Shown here one piece after another: positions 30,046 to 45,689 of a DNA stretch of 64,000 nt. Below the pieces are notes generated by a model, which saw nothing but the letters and a program-made list of their open reading frames with translations, ran no database searches and was not told the DNA's origin. The stretch is taken from assembly GCF_009914755.1 (NCBI RefSeq), contig NC_060939.1; one strand, 5' to 3'. Made by a program: the position numbers and the translations under genes. This stretch comes from the human T2T-CHM13v2.0 reference genome, Homo sapiens. Within the stretch, counting starts at the first letter, position 1. Each line of letters opens with the position of its first letter.

Positions 30046-31002
30046 AAGTTAACAAAGTCTTTAAAAAAAATCTTAGTTTGCTAAGATTAAAAAAGTTTAC
30101 TAATGGGTATTGAATTTAATTAAATGTCTATTTAGAATTGAAGATCAGTTTTTTTAAAAATATGGTGAATTAGTCTGACGAATTTTCTAATGTTGAGCCC
30201 TTTTTGCATTTCTGGGATAAACTCTACTTGCTTCTAATGTATTATAATGGATTTGACTTGATAATTACAGAAAAAGATTTTGGCTTGTATTTGGCATATT
30301 ATATGTTTGGCTTGTTCATTGGTTAGTTTATCTGCAATAACATTCATGTATTCGGAAAATATTTTTGATAAGACTCTATACCAGTTTGTGCAAGACGTAG
30401 AAGTTTTTTACTTTTATATGGAACTTACTGTAGAAGATCTTTTTTTCCTTTTCATTTCGCATGTTTGATAATATATCTTGTGTGCATTTTGGACCCTTGA
30501 AAAGCTCACATTATGTCAAGCATATTTTCGTGTCATTGTGTATGAACATTTAAAAATCGGTGCATAGTATTTTGTCATCTTGATTTAGTAAAATTTACTT
30601 AATCATTCCCACAATAATGAATATGTGGTTTCAGTTTCGTTTTTCACAAAAGTAGATCCTGAGACAGACCTGGATGAAGGTAGTATATTTGAGAAATGGT
30701 CCCAGGAGCAGTAGGAAAGAGCATGAAGAATGAGTTGGGCAATTAGAGGTGAATTATCAAGACATATAGTCCCTGCTAGAGGCAGGAGGCTTGATTCTAC
30801 CAGGACCCCTAGGAAGCATGCAGTATGCCTCCTAGAATTGTCCATTTGTTTTAGCATTCATTGTGTAAGTATATCTTAATTTGTTTGTTTACCAATAATG
30901 GACATTTAGATCATTCCCAGTTTTTGCCTGTATGAATAATACTGCTACAAATATTTATGTACGAATATATGTGTGGACATATGTTTCATTTCTGTTGGGT
31001 AA

Positions 31003-31709
<707 letters not shown>

Positions 31710-31729
31710 GCCTTTTAAAGAAATTTTCT

Positions 31730-32020
<291 letters not shown>

Positions 32021-32261
32021 AAGATATTTTCTGCTTGCCAAAGTTGTATAATTTTACATTTTCACCAGTGGTGTTACTAACATGTCTTAAAATTTTAGCT
32101 ATTCTCATAAATGTGTAGTAGCATATTTCAAGTTTTTAAATTTCTCTGATTAATGATGTTGAACATCTTTTCATCTACTTATTTGCTACCTAGATATATT
32201 CTTTGTTGAAGCGTCTTCTCAAATCATTTCCCTATTTTTGAGTTTCTTATAGATACAAGTC

Positions 32262-32303
32262 TTTTTTTTTTTTTTTTTTTTGAGACAGAGTCTTGTTCTG
32301 TCA
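32262..32303 (-). mobile_element. Alu 3' stub
   Basis: Poly-T plus gagacagagtcttgttctgtca, fused directly to an L1MA 3'UTR. Confidence 0.75.
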
Positions 32304-33528
32304 TTTCTGTGTTGGGACATTACAGGTCCTTTCTTCTAGGTATTTTGAAATATACAATACATGGTTGATAACTATAGTCCCCCTACTCTGCTATAGACCA
32401 TTAGAACTTATTCCTTCTATCTAACCGTATGTTTTTACCTATTTGCCAACCTCTTTTTATCCCCCGTTCACTGACCATTCCTCACCTCTATTATCTATTA
32501 TTCTACCCTGTACCTTCATGAGATCAGTTTTTTAAGTTCCCACATATGAGTGAGAATATCTGATGTTTGTTTTTCTGTACCTGGCTTATTCCATCCACAT
32601 TGCTGCAAATGACATGATTTTATTTTTTTTATGGCTGAGTAGTATTCCATTGTGTATATATACATTTTCTTTATTTATTCATCTGTTGGTGGGCACTTAG
32701 GTTGATTCCCTATCTTTGCTATTGTGAATGGTACTGGAATAAATATGGAGTGCAGGTATCCCCTTGATATACTGATTTCTTTTCCTTTGGATAAATACGC
32801 AGTATTAGGGTTGCTGGATCATATGGTAGTTGTGTTTTTAGTGCTCTGAGAAATCTCCCTACTGTTTTGTATAATGGCTGCACTAATTACATTCTCACCA
32901 ACAGTGTATAAGTGTTTCCTTTTTTCTGTGTCCTTACCAGCATCTGTTTTCTTTTGTCTTATTAGTAATAGCCATTCTAACTTGGGTAAGATGATGTCTC
33001 ATTGTGGTTTTGATTTCCATTTTGCTGATGATTAGTGATGGTAAGCAGTTTTCATATACCTATCTGCCATTTGTATGTATGTCTTTGGAAAAATGTCTCT
33101 TCATGTTATTTGTCCACTTTTAAATGGGATTATTACTAGTTTTTACTATCGAGTGTTTTGAGTTCCTTGTATATTTTGGATATTAGTTCCTTGTTGGATG
33201 AATAGTTTGCAAATATTTTCTCCCATTCAACAGGTTGTCTCCCCACTCTGTTGATTGCTTCCTATGTGGGCAGAAGCTTTTTAGTTTAAAATAGTTTTAT
33301 TTATCTATTTTTGTTTTATTTTTCTGTACTTTTGAGATCTTAGTCATAAAATCTTTGGCTATATCCTAAAGTGTTTCCCCTATATTTCTTTCTAGTAGTT
33401 TTATAGTTGTGGGTGTTATGTTTAAGTCTTTAACCTATCTTGGATTGAATTTTGTATATGGTGAGAAATAGGGGTTCAATTCATTCTTCTGCATATGGGT
33501 ATTGAGTTTTCCCAGCACCATTTATTCA

Positions 33529-33899
<371 letters not shown>

Positions 33900-35574
33900 G
33901 AAAATGAGTTTGCTGTACATACATGGATGTATTTCTGGGTTCTCCCTTCTGTCCCATTATTACTTGTGTCTGTTTTGATACCAATACCTTGCTGTTTGGG
34001 TTTTTATAGCCTTATAATATATTTTGAGGTCAGATAGCGTGACCCCTCTTGCTTTGTTCTTTTTCCTCAGGAGTGCTTTGGCTATTTGGGCTCTTTTTTT
34101 TGGTTTTATACATATTTTAGGATATTTTTCTATTTTTGTGAAAATGACAGTAGTATTTTCATAGGGATTGCATTGAATTTGTAGACTGCTTTGGGCAGTA
34201 TGTTCATTTTAACAATATTAATTTTTTCCAATCCATGAACATGGGATGTCTTTTCATTTGTTTGTGTCCTCTTCAATTTCATTCATCAGTGTTTTCTAGT
34301 TTTCCTTAGAGATCTTTCATCTCCTTGGTTAAATTTATTCTTAGGTATTTTTTTTTGTAGCTATTATAAACAGCATTTCTGGCTTAATTTCTTTCTCAGC
34401 TAGTTCATTATTGATGTATTGAAATGCTGCAAATTTTTGTATGTTGGTTTTTTATACTGCAACTTTACTGAATTTATTTATTAGGTGTAAGAGTTTTTTT
34501 TAGAGTCTAGGTTTTTCTGGATATAAAATCATGTCACCTGTGAAACAGGACAATTTAACTTCCTCCATTTCAACTTGGATCCTTCTATTTTTATTCTTGC
34601 CTGATTATTCTGGCTAAAATTTCTAGTATTATGTTGACTAGGAGTAGTGATATTGGTCATCTTTTTTGGGTTCCAGGTTTTACAGGAAAGGCTTCAACTT
34701 TTCTTTATTTGATATGATGTTAGCTGTGGGTTTGTCATATGAGACTTTTATTGTGTTGTGGTATATTTATTCTATGCCTGATAATTGAGAGTTTTTATCG
34801 TGAAAGGATGTTGAATTTTATTACATGCTTTCTCTATGTCTATTGAGATGATTATGTGGTTTCTGTCCTTTATTCTACTGATGCGATGTGTCACATTTAG
34901 TGATTTGTGTTTCTTGAACAATCCTTGCATCCCTGGGATAAATCCCGCTTGATCATGGTGTTTTATCTTTTTGATGTGCTGTGGGATTCAGTTTGCGGCA
35001 ATTTTGTTGAAGATTTTTACATATATGTAAATAGGGATCTTGGCCTGCAGTTTTGGTTTTTGTTACACCTTTCTCTAATTTTAGCATCAGAGTGATGCTT
35101 GCCTTTTGGGACTAGGTTAATTCCCTTCTCTTCAATTCATTGGAATTGTTTGAAGAGGATTGGTATTTGTTCTTTGTAAGTTTGGTAGAATTTTTCAGTG
35201 AAGCTGTCCAGTCTTGGGCTTTTCTTTGTTGGAAGCCTTTTCATTTTACTGTTTCAATCTTGGTACTTGTTACTAGTCTGTTTATGTTTTTTGTTTCTTC
35301 CTGATTTAATCTTGGTATGTTGTGTGTTTAGGAATTTATCAATTTCCTTTAGGTTTTCTGGTTTGTTTGTGTATAGTATAGTTGTTCATAACAGTGTCTG
35401 ATAAGCTTTTGTATTTCCATGGTATCAGTTGTAATGTCCTTTTTTGATTCTGATTTTGTTTATTTGGGTCTTCTCACTTTTTTTCGTGGTTAATCTGGCT
35501 AGCAGTTTATCAATTTTGTTCTTCTTTTCAAATAATCAACTTTCCATTTTCTTGATTCTTTGTATTTTTTCAGT

Positions 35575-38500
35575 AAAATAATTTCAACTTTTATTTTAGA
35601 TTCAGGGGTTACATGTGCAGGTTTGTTACTTGGATACATTTTGTAATGGTGATGTTTGGGGTACAGATGATCCCATCACCCAGGTAGTTAGCATAGCAGC
35701 CAATAGGCAGTTTTTCAGCCCACACTTCCTGCCTCCCTACTGCCCCCGCCATTGCTTACTAGTCCTCAGTGTCTATTGTTCCCATCTTTATGTCCCTGTG
35801 TACTCATATTTAGCTCCCACTTATAAGTGAGAACATGCAGCAGTACTTGATTTTCTTCCTGTGTTAATTTGCTTAGGACTATAGCCTCCAGCTGCATCCA
35901 TGTTGTCGCAAAGGATATGATTTCATCCTTTTTATGGCTGCATAGTATTCCCTGGTGTATGTATACCACAGTTTCTTTATCCAGCCCACCATTGATGGGC
36001 ACCTGGGTTGATTCCATGTGTTTGCTATGGTAAATAGTGCTTCAATGAACATATGAGTGCATGTGTCTTTTTTTTTTTAGAATAATTTATTTTCCTATGG
36101 GTATATACCCAGTAATGGGATTGCTGGGTTAAATGGTAGTTCTGTTTTAAGTTCTGTGAGGAAACTCCAAACTGCTTTCCACAGTGGCTGAACTAATTTA
36201 CACTCCCACCAAGAGTGTATAAGCATTCCTTTTTCTACACAGCCTTGCCAGCATCTGTTTCTTGTTGACATTTACATAATAGCCATTCTGACTGGAGTGA
36301 GATGGTATCTCATTGTGGTTTTGATTTGCATTTGTATGTCTTCCTTTGAGAAGTGTTTGTTCATATACTTTGCCCATTTTTAAGTGGGATTATTTGTTTT
36401 TTGCTTGTTTATTTGTTTACAATGTTTACAGATTCTGATATTAGACCTTTGTCAGATGCATAGTTTGTGAATATTTTCTCTCATTTTGTGAGTTATCTGT
36501 TTACTCTGTTGATAGTTTCTTTCGCTGTGCAGAACCTCTTTAATTAGGTCTCACTTGTCAATTTTTGTTTTTATCACAGTTGCTTTTGGAGATTTAGCCA
36601 TAAAATCTTGGCCAAATTCTAAGCATTTCCTAGGTTTTCTTCTAGGATTCATACAGCTTGAGGTCTTATATTTAAATCTTTTATCCATCTTGAATAAATT
36701 TTTATATATGCTGAAAGATAGGGGTCCAGTTTCATTCTACTGCATACGGCTAACCAGTTATACCAGCACCATTTATTGAATAGGGAGCCCTTCCTTCATT
36801 GCTTGTTTTTGTTGACTTTGTGGAAGATCAGATGGATGTAGGTGTTCAGCTTTATTTCTGGGTTTTCTATTCTGTTCTATAAGTCTATGTCTGTGTATCT
36901 GTTTTTGTACCAATACTATGCTGTTTTGGTTACTATAGCCTTGTAGTATAATTTGAAGTTGGGTAATGTGATAACTCCAATTTTTTTCCTTTTACTTTAG
37001 TTTTTTCACTGATTCTCCTCTGAGAGAAGTGGTGTTCTTTTAACTGTGGTTTAAATGGAGGATAGTCAATTGGCTTCATTTCTGGTTGCTTTCAGAGGGC
37101 CAAGGCTCTGTACAGGATCTTTATTTGTGGCTAGATTCTTGCCCCTGGTTTCACAAGTGATGTATATTGGCAGATTATTTTTGGTGTTTTAATTTGGGAT
37201 GTGATCCAGTAAATGGTGCTTAAGAGTGGTGGCCAGCAGATAGGCTCTTAATCAGCTTCACAGCTTTTTTTGTATTTCAGTGCATTTGCAGTAGTGGTCT
37301 ATAGTGGGGTAGGGGGAGACAGATGACCCTCTCAGCAGGTCTGTTCCTGAGCTTTGAGGAAGCCGCCTCTGATCACTGGCACTGATCCTGTCTTTTTCTT
37401 TAATTAGGTCTTCCGGGCTGCAGGGCTCCCTCAGGCAGAGGCTATGACCTGCAGATAGGCCACACCATTCTTGGACTGGTCCTGTAGAGCAGGGTTCCCC
37501 AATCCCTGTTACTGCTTCATGGCCTGTTCAGAAGTGGGCCACACAGCAGGAGGTGAGTGGTGGGTGAGTGAGCATTATTACCACCTGAGCTCGGTCTCCC
37601 GTCAGATCAGCAGTGGCATTAGACTGTCATGGAAGCATGAACCCTATTGTGGACTGCATGTGGGAGGGATCTAGGTTGCATGCTCCTTATGATAATCCAA
37701 TGCTTGATGATCTGAGGTAGAACAGTTTCAACCTGAAACCATCCCCTCCTCCCCAACATACACCATCCATGGAAAAATTGTCTTCCACAAAACTGGTCCC
37801 TGTGCTAAAAAGGTTGGGGACTGCTGCTGTAGAGGGAGAGATGCCCTTCTCTGGTGCTGGCTTACAAGCCTCTGTGTTTCACTCCTCTCTGTCTTCTGAG
37901 GGTGTGGGCTCCTTCCCTGCTCTAGCACTGGCTACAGATCTTGGCTCAAGATTCCCAAGCTGCATGCTGCAGCCCTGAGCTGTTGGGACTGGCCCACAGC
38001 TCCATCTTTTGGCTCCCTTTGGCACAGCACCAACTGTGCTGGGGGATTCCAACTGCTTCCAGACCTCTGAGAAAGTACTCAGGCTGGCCTTTTGATAAAG
38101 CACCCATACTGGGCAGTGGAGGCTGCACTGTACTCATGTTCCTGTTAGAGCAGCTGGGCAGAGGCCTTGGAAGGGGCTGGTGGGCAGGAGTGCCTGCAGA
38201 ACAGACATGCCCCATTCCCACTGGAAAGTCAGCCCTGTTCTCTTGACCCAGTGGTCAACTGGGGTTAGAGTTACTCAGAGGAAGAAGGGGAGCGTTGGGG
38301 GATGGGCACCTATGGCTGTATTCTGCTTGCGGCTGTCATGTGTGCCAAACCTCCATTCCATATAGGCTGGAGTACTTTTACTGCCTACTCTCCAGGCAGA
38401 TCCCCTTGCCAGTTTAAATGTTTATGGGCGTCATAGGATCTCTTGTACCTAGGATTGGAGATCTGCAGCAAGAGTGGGTTGCCCCACTATCCCTTCACTA

Positions 38501-38745
38501 ACCCCTCCCTCAGGAGGCTTTCAGGGCTGAGCATGAGCCCTAGCATTCAGCAACCCCACACAAGGTTCCCAGCTTCTTCTCTTTTCAGCCTCAGTGTCAG
38601 TGTTGCTTCTCTATCTACTCTTGGTGTTTTCTGTCTAAGATTTGCTCAAAGTTTATTAGTTTACTTAATTTTTAGTCTCGTTCAGTGGGAGTGGTGCTTC
38701 CTGGCTGTGTCTAGTCAGCCACCTTATCTGCTATCCCTCCAAAAG
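35575..38745 (-). mobile_element. Old L1PA (PA15/16-like) with its 3' end fused to an L1 5'UTR
   Basis: 3'UTR/ORF2 end at 35575-37000 joins 5'UTR-like sequence 37000-38745; the host L1 resumes afterwards. Confidence 0.7.
37490..37826 (+). mobile_element. MER1B hAT-Charlie MITE
   Basis: CAGGGTTCCCCAA...TTGGGGACTGCTG termini; perfect 8-bp TSD CTGTAGAG. Confidence 0.92.
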
Positions 38746-40860
38746 CTTTAACCCTTTATGTTTTTTTTTAGTAGCTACTTTATTTACTTCTATTCTGATC
38801 TTCATTATTTCTTTCCTTCCACTATTTTTGGGTTTTGTTTCTTATTGCTTTTCTAATTCCCTGAGATGCATAATTAGGTTGCTTATTTGAACTCTTTCTT
38901 TCTAGATGTAGGCATTCATTGCTATGATCTTCTCTGTTGGCAGTGTTTTTAGTATATTCCATAGATTTTGGTATGTTGTGTTTCAGTTCTCATTTATTTG
39001 AATAAACTTTTTGATTTCTATGTTAATTTCTTCCTTGAGCTAGTGGTCATTCAGAATAATGCTGTTAAATTTCCTTGTATTTATACAGTATCACAAGTTC
39101 CTCTTTTTATTACTATCTAATTTTAATCCATTGTATCTAAGAAGGTATTTGATACACACTGTCTAGTTTTATTCTGTTGTATCTAAGAAGATATTTGACA
39201 TGATTTCCATTTTAAGAAATTTGTTGAGGCTTGTTATGTGTCCTAACATATGGTCTATCCTGGAGAATGTTTCATCTGCTGATGAGAAGAATGTATATTC
39301 TGTAGCTGCTGGATGAAATGTTTTGTAAATTTCTGTTAGGTCTATTTGGTCAGTAGTGCAGTCTAAATCCAGTGTTTCTTTTTAAATTTTCTGTTGTGAT
39401 GATCTCTGTAATGTTGAGAGTGGGCTGCTGAAGTCCCCAAGTATTATTGTATTGTGCTGTCTTTCTCCCTTTAGTCATAATAATATTTGCTTTATATATC
39501 TGGGTGCTTTGTTGTTGAGTGTATATGTGTTTAGAGTTGTCATATCCTTTGCTAATTTGATCCCTTTGTCATTATATAATACCCCTCTTTGTCTATTTTT
39601 ACTTTTTTTTGACTTAAAGTCTATTTTATCTGATATAAGCATGGCTATTCCTGCTTGCTTTTGGTTTCTGTTTGCATGGAATATATTTTTTTCATTCTCT
39701 TACTTTCAATATATATGTGTTTTTTTCAGATGAAAAGAGGTTTTATTTTTGTAGGGGGCTTATTATAGGGTCATGTTTTTAAATCAGTTATCCTAGTTTG
39801 TATCTTTTAATTGGAAAATTTAATCTTTTTACATTCAATGTTATTATTGATATGGGAGGGCTTATTCCTGTCATTTTGTTAATTGACTTCTGGTTGTTTT
39901 ATATATCTTTTTTCTTTTTTTTATTTCTCTCTTGTTTGTTGTGGTTTGGTGGTGTTCTGTAGTGGTAACATTTGAGTCCTTTCTCTTTCTTATTCATGAG
40001 TTTGCTCTACCAGTGGGCTTTATACTTTTATGTGTTTTCCTGTTGGTGTATATATTATCCCTTTGCTTCCAGGTATAGTACTCCCTTAAGTATTGCTTGT
40101 AGGTTCAGCCCATTCATGATAAATGTGCTCAGCTTTTGTTTTTCTAGGAAAGACTTCAGTTCTCCTTCATTTATGAAGGATGATTTTGTTGAGTATAGTA
40201 TCCTTGGCTGCCAGTCTTTTTCTATCTACACTTTGAATATATCATCCCATTTTCTCAGGGCCTGTATGGTTTCTGCTGAGAAATCCACTGTTGTTTTGGT
40301 GGGGCTCCTTTGTAAGTGTCTAGATGCTTTTCTTTTGCTGCTTTAAGAATTTTCTTGTTGTCTTTGACTTTTGACCACTTTGCTATAATGTGCCATGGAG
40401 AAGACCTTTTAAAGTCATATTTGTTTGGGGATCTCTGAGCTTCCTGTATCAGAATATGTAAATCTGTTACTGGACTGGGGAAGTTTTCAGCTATTATTTT
40501 GTTAAGTAGGTTTTCTATCCTTTTGGTTTTCTCTGCTTTCTTGAACACCAAAAATTCAAATATTTGGTTGCTTTATGATGCTTCATAAGTTACATAAGGT
40601 TTTTTCATTCTCTCTTATCATTTTTTCCTTATATTTGTCTGACTGTGTTATTTCAAAAGAGCTATCTTTAGGTACTGAAATTCTTTCTTCTGCTTGATCT
40701 AGTTTATTGTTGAGGCTTTCAAATGCATGTTTTATTTCATTCAGTGAATTGTTCTGTTCCAATATTTTTGTTTATTTTATGATATCCATTTGTTAAATTT
40801 CTTTTTCATATTCTAGAATTTTTTTCCGATTTCTTTGTATCTGTGTTCTCTTGTCTTTCA

Positions 40861-40864
<4 letters not shown>

Positions 40865-40928
<64 letters not shown>

Positions 40929-41239
40929 TATATTTTTTTTTTTTTTTTTTTTTTTTTGCGATGGAGTCTCAATCTGTTGCCCAGGCTGGAGTGCAGTGGC
41001 ATGATGTTGGTTCACTACAGCCTCTGCATCCTGGGTTCAAGTGATTCTCATGTCTCAGCCTCCCGAGTAGCTGAGGATTACAGGCACCCACCACCACACC
41101 TGGCTGATTTTTGTATTTTTAGTAGAGATGGTGTTTCACCATGTTGGATGGGCTGGTCTCAAACTGCTGACCTCAAGTGATCTGCCTGCTTCAGCCTTCC
41201 AAAGTGCTGGGATTACAGGTGTGAACCACCACACCCAGC
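40865..41239 (-). mobile_element. Alu with (TA)n-expanded tail
   Basis: (TA)n 40865-40932 then poly-T; TSD ttcactga. Confidence 0.92.
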
Positions 41240-42882
41240 TTCACTGAGCTTTTTAAATGTCATTACTTTGAATTCTATTTCTGGAATTTAATAAATTTCT
41301 TTGTCATTGGAATCTGTTGCTGGTGAATTGTTTTGCTTCTTCCAAGTTTTTGAATTTGCTTTTATAGACAGTGACTTTTTCTCAAAGATGTACCTATGAT
41401 ATTGGTTGGGTTGGCATGTTGGCATTGATTCTTGGCACTTGTAGTATTGTAGTCTCTGTATAATTCCTTTGGCTATAAACAGTATCACTGGTCTCTGATT
41501 TCCTCAGTGACTTAGGATATGGTTGTTGTTGGAGACTGTGGATCCTGGCAGTTGTAGCAGTGAGCTGGGTGAGTGGCTGGGTCCTTGGACCCCTGGGTAG
41601 TTAGTGTCACCTGTGTGATGGCAGTAGCAGTAGTAGAACAACCCTCTGGCTCCAAAGCATTCTGCATTGTTGTTGGTGGCTGTATTAGGCTGGGTGAGTT
41701 GGTCCCCTGTGCCACAGGTGTTGCATGCAGGTGGAAGCTAGCTGTGGTAGTAGTAGTACGTTGGGTGGGCTCATCTTTAGGTCTCTGGGAGAGTATTCAG
41801 GTGCCAATGGTGGTAGATTGGTCACAGCCATTCTTAGTACCCTGGATTGTATGCTTAGGCATAGGGGTGGAGTCTGGCAGGGCGGGCCTATCCTCAGGCC
41901 TCCTGGTGGTGTATGCAAGTGGTAGGCAGTAGTAGAGTGAACCAAGCCACCTAGTGGAATGCCCAGGTGGTGGTGGCAGTGGCTGTGATGTGGCCCAGCT
42001 GCGGGGGAGAGTGGGGTTGCTTTTACTGGCAGCAGTCGTAGACAATTGGCTGGGGAGCATGCACTTTGGCTCCAGGTAGTGGCTGCAGGTGGGGTAGCGT
42101 TTCCTCGGGGCACTTGAAAATCCATGGTGGCTCTGCTGCTGTGAATACCAGGGTTCTGCCAGTGGCTCATGGTTTGGCCTCAGCAGTGCAATGGAAGTTG
42201 CTGTGAGTGAGGGAGTCTGTATTTAGGGCTCGTGAAAATACACAGCAGTCCCACTGCTGGGAGTATTGTAGTTATTGCCAGTGGCTTACATTTTGGCTCT
42301 GACAACAGCAGTTAGCACTCGTGGTGTCTGTGGGTAGGGGACATCAGAGAGGTTGCAAGGATGTGGAGACAGGAGCTGTTGATCCCCATGGCAGGATGCG
42401 GTCTAGTAGAGTCTGGGATCTCAGGATAGTGATGTGCAAGTTGCTTAAGACTTGGGGGTGTGTGGAACCCAGCATGAATTTCCTCTTTGGAGCAATGCCA
42501 TCATGTGATTTCCAAGTAGTTCCTCTGTCAGTCGCATGGTCCTAAAGGGTTGAGGCGCTCTCCTATGGCTAGGATTGCAGGAGTCCTTGATAGTAATGTG
42601 GACCACTTGGGGTGTTTCTCTTGCCCTTTACCCACGCTGAAGAGCCTCTCCAGGCTCCCAGCTGATTCTGGCTGAGCAGGCTGCCCTGATTTCCTCTCCT
42701 TCCTTGCCTTAGGTGTTCCTTGTCACTTCTTGTTGAATTCAGTGTTCTCTCTTACATGATCTATTCTAACTATGATTGTCAACTTGTTATTTTGGTTCTT
42801 CTTTATGGAGGAGGCAAGTACCAGATGCCTACAGGCATTCTTCTGTGCCTCCGACTTCATATTTTTTTTGATGCTACTCTTA

Positions 42883-42964
42883 TTATAAATGGTCTACCCC
42901 AGATCCAGACACACACAGGTGTCTTATAATGGTCTACCTACCCCAGGTCCAGACACACACAGGG
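42883..42964. repeat. ~41-bp tandem duplication
   Basis: ttataa(a)tggtctacc..ccag(a/g)tccagacacacacagg occurs twice. Confidence 0.85.
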
Positions 42965-43315
42965 TAGACACTGGGCAGATGTTTCTTTGAAGAACAAGTA
43001 AATGAATAAAATATGTAAGTGGAAAGTATTAATGTAATAATGGGTCATGTCTGCTCATTTTCAGGATTCTTTTCTCAGAATTCTACAAACATGGAAGTGG
43101 GGGTAGAGAAAGCAAATGGATAATGTAATGCAGGGTTGAGAATTGGTGGGAAAATGAGTGGTTTTGAACCTCAGGAAAAGGCTAGGTAGAGAGGTGAGAT
43201 AGGGATGTGGGAAAGAGCAAAGATCAATAACTAATCAAAAAGCAGTTTTTTTTTGTTTTTTTCTGACAGACTTGAGCCATACTTCTAATTCTGTGGGAGC
43301 TGGCACTTTTCAGTT

Positions 43316-45689
43316 TGTATTAGTCCATTCTTACACTGCTATAAAGAAATACCTGAGACTGGGTAATTTATAAATAAAAGAGGTATAAATGGCTCATGAT
43401 TCTCTACAGGATATACAGGAAGCATGGCTGCGGAGGCCTCAGGCAAATTACAAACATGGTGGAAAGCAAAGGAGAAGCAGGCATGTCTTACATGAGTGGA
43501 GCAGGAGGCAGAGGGCTGGGGGCAGCTACACACTTTTTACACAACCAAGTCAAGTGAGAACTGTATCACGAGAAGAGTACCAAAGGGGGAAATCCACCTC
43601 TGTGATCCAATCACTTTCCACCAGACCCCACTTCCAAAACTGGGGATTATAATTTGACATGAGATTTGGGCAGAGACACAAATCCAAACCATATTATTCT
43701 GTCCCTGGCCCCTCCCAAGTCTCAGGTACTCACATTCCAAAATTCAGTCATCCTTCTCAACAGTCCTCAGAGTCTTAACTCATTCCAGCATTAACTTACA
43801 AGTCCACAGTCCAAAATCTCATCTGAGACAAGGCAAGTCCCTTCTGCCTATAAGCCTGTAAAATAAAAAATGGGTTAGTTATTACTTCCAACATACAGTG
43901 AGGGTACAGGCACTGGGTAAATACTTCTTTTCCAAAAGGGAGAAATTAGCCAAAAGAAAGGGGCTACAGGCCCCATGTAAGTTTGAAACCCAGCAAGGGA
44001 GTCATTAAATCTTAAAGCTCCAAATAATCTCCTTTGATTCCACATCTCACTTCCAGGGCACACTGGGGCAAGGGGTGGGCTCCTAAGGTTGGGAAGCTGC
44101 ACCTCTGAGGCTTTGCAAAGTAAAGCCCCTGAGGCTGCTTTCATGGGCTAGTGTTCATGCACCTGCGGCTTTTACATGTGCATGGTACAAGCTCCTGGTT
44201 GATCTACCATTCTGCAGTCTCGAAGACAATGGCCCTCTTCTCACAGCTCCACTAGGTAGTGCCCCAGTGGGGCTCTGTGTGAGGGATTCAACCCCAGATT
44301 TCCCTTCAGTACTGCCCTAGTAGAGATTCTCCATGACGGCTCTGCTCCTGCAGCAGGGTTCTGCCTAGACATTTAGGCTTTTCTACACATACTCTGAAAT
44401 CTAGGCAGAGGCTCCCGAAGCCTTAACTCTTGCACTCTGAACATTGGCAGGCTAAACACCTCATAGAAACACCAAGTTTTATGGCTTGCACATTCTGAAG
44501 CAGCAGCCTGAGCTGTATCTGAAGTCCTTTCAGCCACCCCTGGAGGCAGAGGGGTCAGGATATGGGGAGCAGTGTCTTGAGCCTGTGCAGGGAAGTGGGA
44601 CCCTGGTCCCTGTTCATGAAACCATTCTTCCTTCTTAGACCTACATGCCTGTGATGGAAGGAACTGCTGCAAAGGTTTCTGAAATGCTTTGAAAGTCTTT
44701 TCCCCTTTGTCTTGGCCATCAGCATTTGACTATTCTTTACTTATGCAAATTTCTGTAGCTGGCTTGAACTCCTCCTCCAAAAAGGCCTTTTCTTTTCTAC
44801 CACATGGCCAGGCTTCAAATTTTTCAAACTCGTACACTTTGCTTCCCTTTTAAATATAAGTTTCAGTTTCAGGTCATTTCTTTGCTCACGCATATGAACA
44901 TAGGTTGTTAGAAGCAGCAGGCTATATCTTGACTGCTTTGCTGCTTAGAAATTTCTCCTGTCAGTAACCTAAACCATCACTCTCAAGTTCAAAGTTCCAC
45001 ATACCCCTAGATGCCTCCAGGCTCTTTGTTAATGCATAACAAAAATGACCTTTACACTAGTTCCCAAGAAGTTCCTCATTTTCATCTGAGACCTTCTTAG
45101 CTGGGATTTCATTGTCCATATCACTATCAGGATTTTCAAAGCAACCGTTCAACAAGTCTCTAGGAAGTTACAAATTTTCCTCATCTTCCTGTCTTTTTCT
45201 CAGCCCTCCAAATTGGTCCAACCTCTACCTGTTACCCAGTTCCAAATGCAAATTCACATTTTCAGGTATCTTTATACCAATGCCCCTGTCCTTGTTACCA
45301 ATTTTCCATATTAGTTCATTCTTGCACTGCTATAAAGAAATACCTGAGACTGAGTGATTTATAAGGAAAAGAGGTTTAATTGACTCACAATTCTACAGGT
45401 GTACAGGAAGCATGGCTAGGGAGGCCTCAGGAAACTTACAAGCATGGTGGAAGGCAAAGGGGAAGCAGGCATGTCTACATGGCCAGAGCCAGGAGGAAGA
45501 GAGAGAGGTGGGAAGTGCCACAGACTTTTTAAATAACCAGATCTAGTGAGAGCTCTATCATGAAAACAATACCAAAGGGGGAAATCCACCCCCATGATCC
45601 AGTCACCTCCCACCAGGTCCCACCTCCAACACTGGGGAATCACAACTTGGCATGAGATTTGGGCAGGGATGCAAATCCAAATTATATCA
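43316..45689 (-). mobile_element. Complete MSTA MaLR element (LTR 43316-43696, internal 43697-45306, LTR 45307-45689)
   Basis: Two direct LTRs around a ~1.6-kb internal region; perfect 5-bp TSD CAGTT. Confidence 0.93.

Noticed and set aside
41573-42545. GC-richer block with overlapping ORFs as a possible promoter or gene
   Set aside because: Lies directly 5' of L1 ORF1 and is CpG-poor: a decayed L1 5'UTR.
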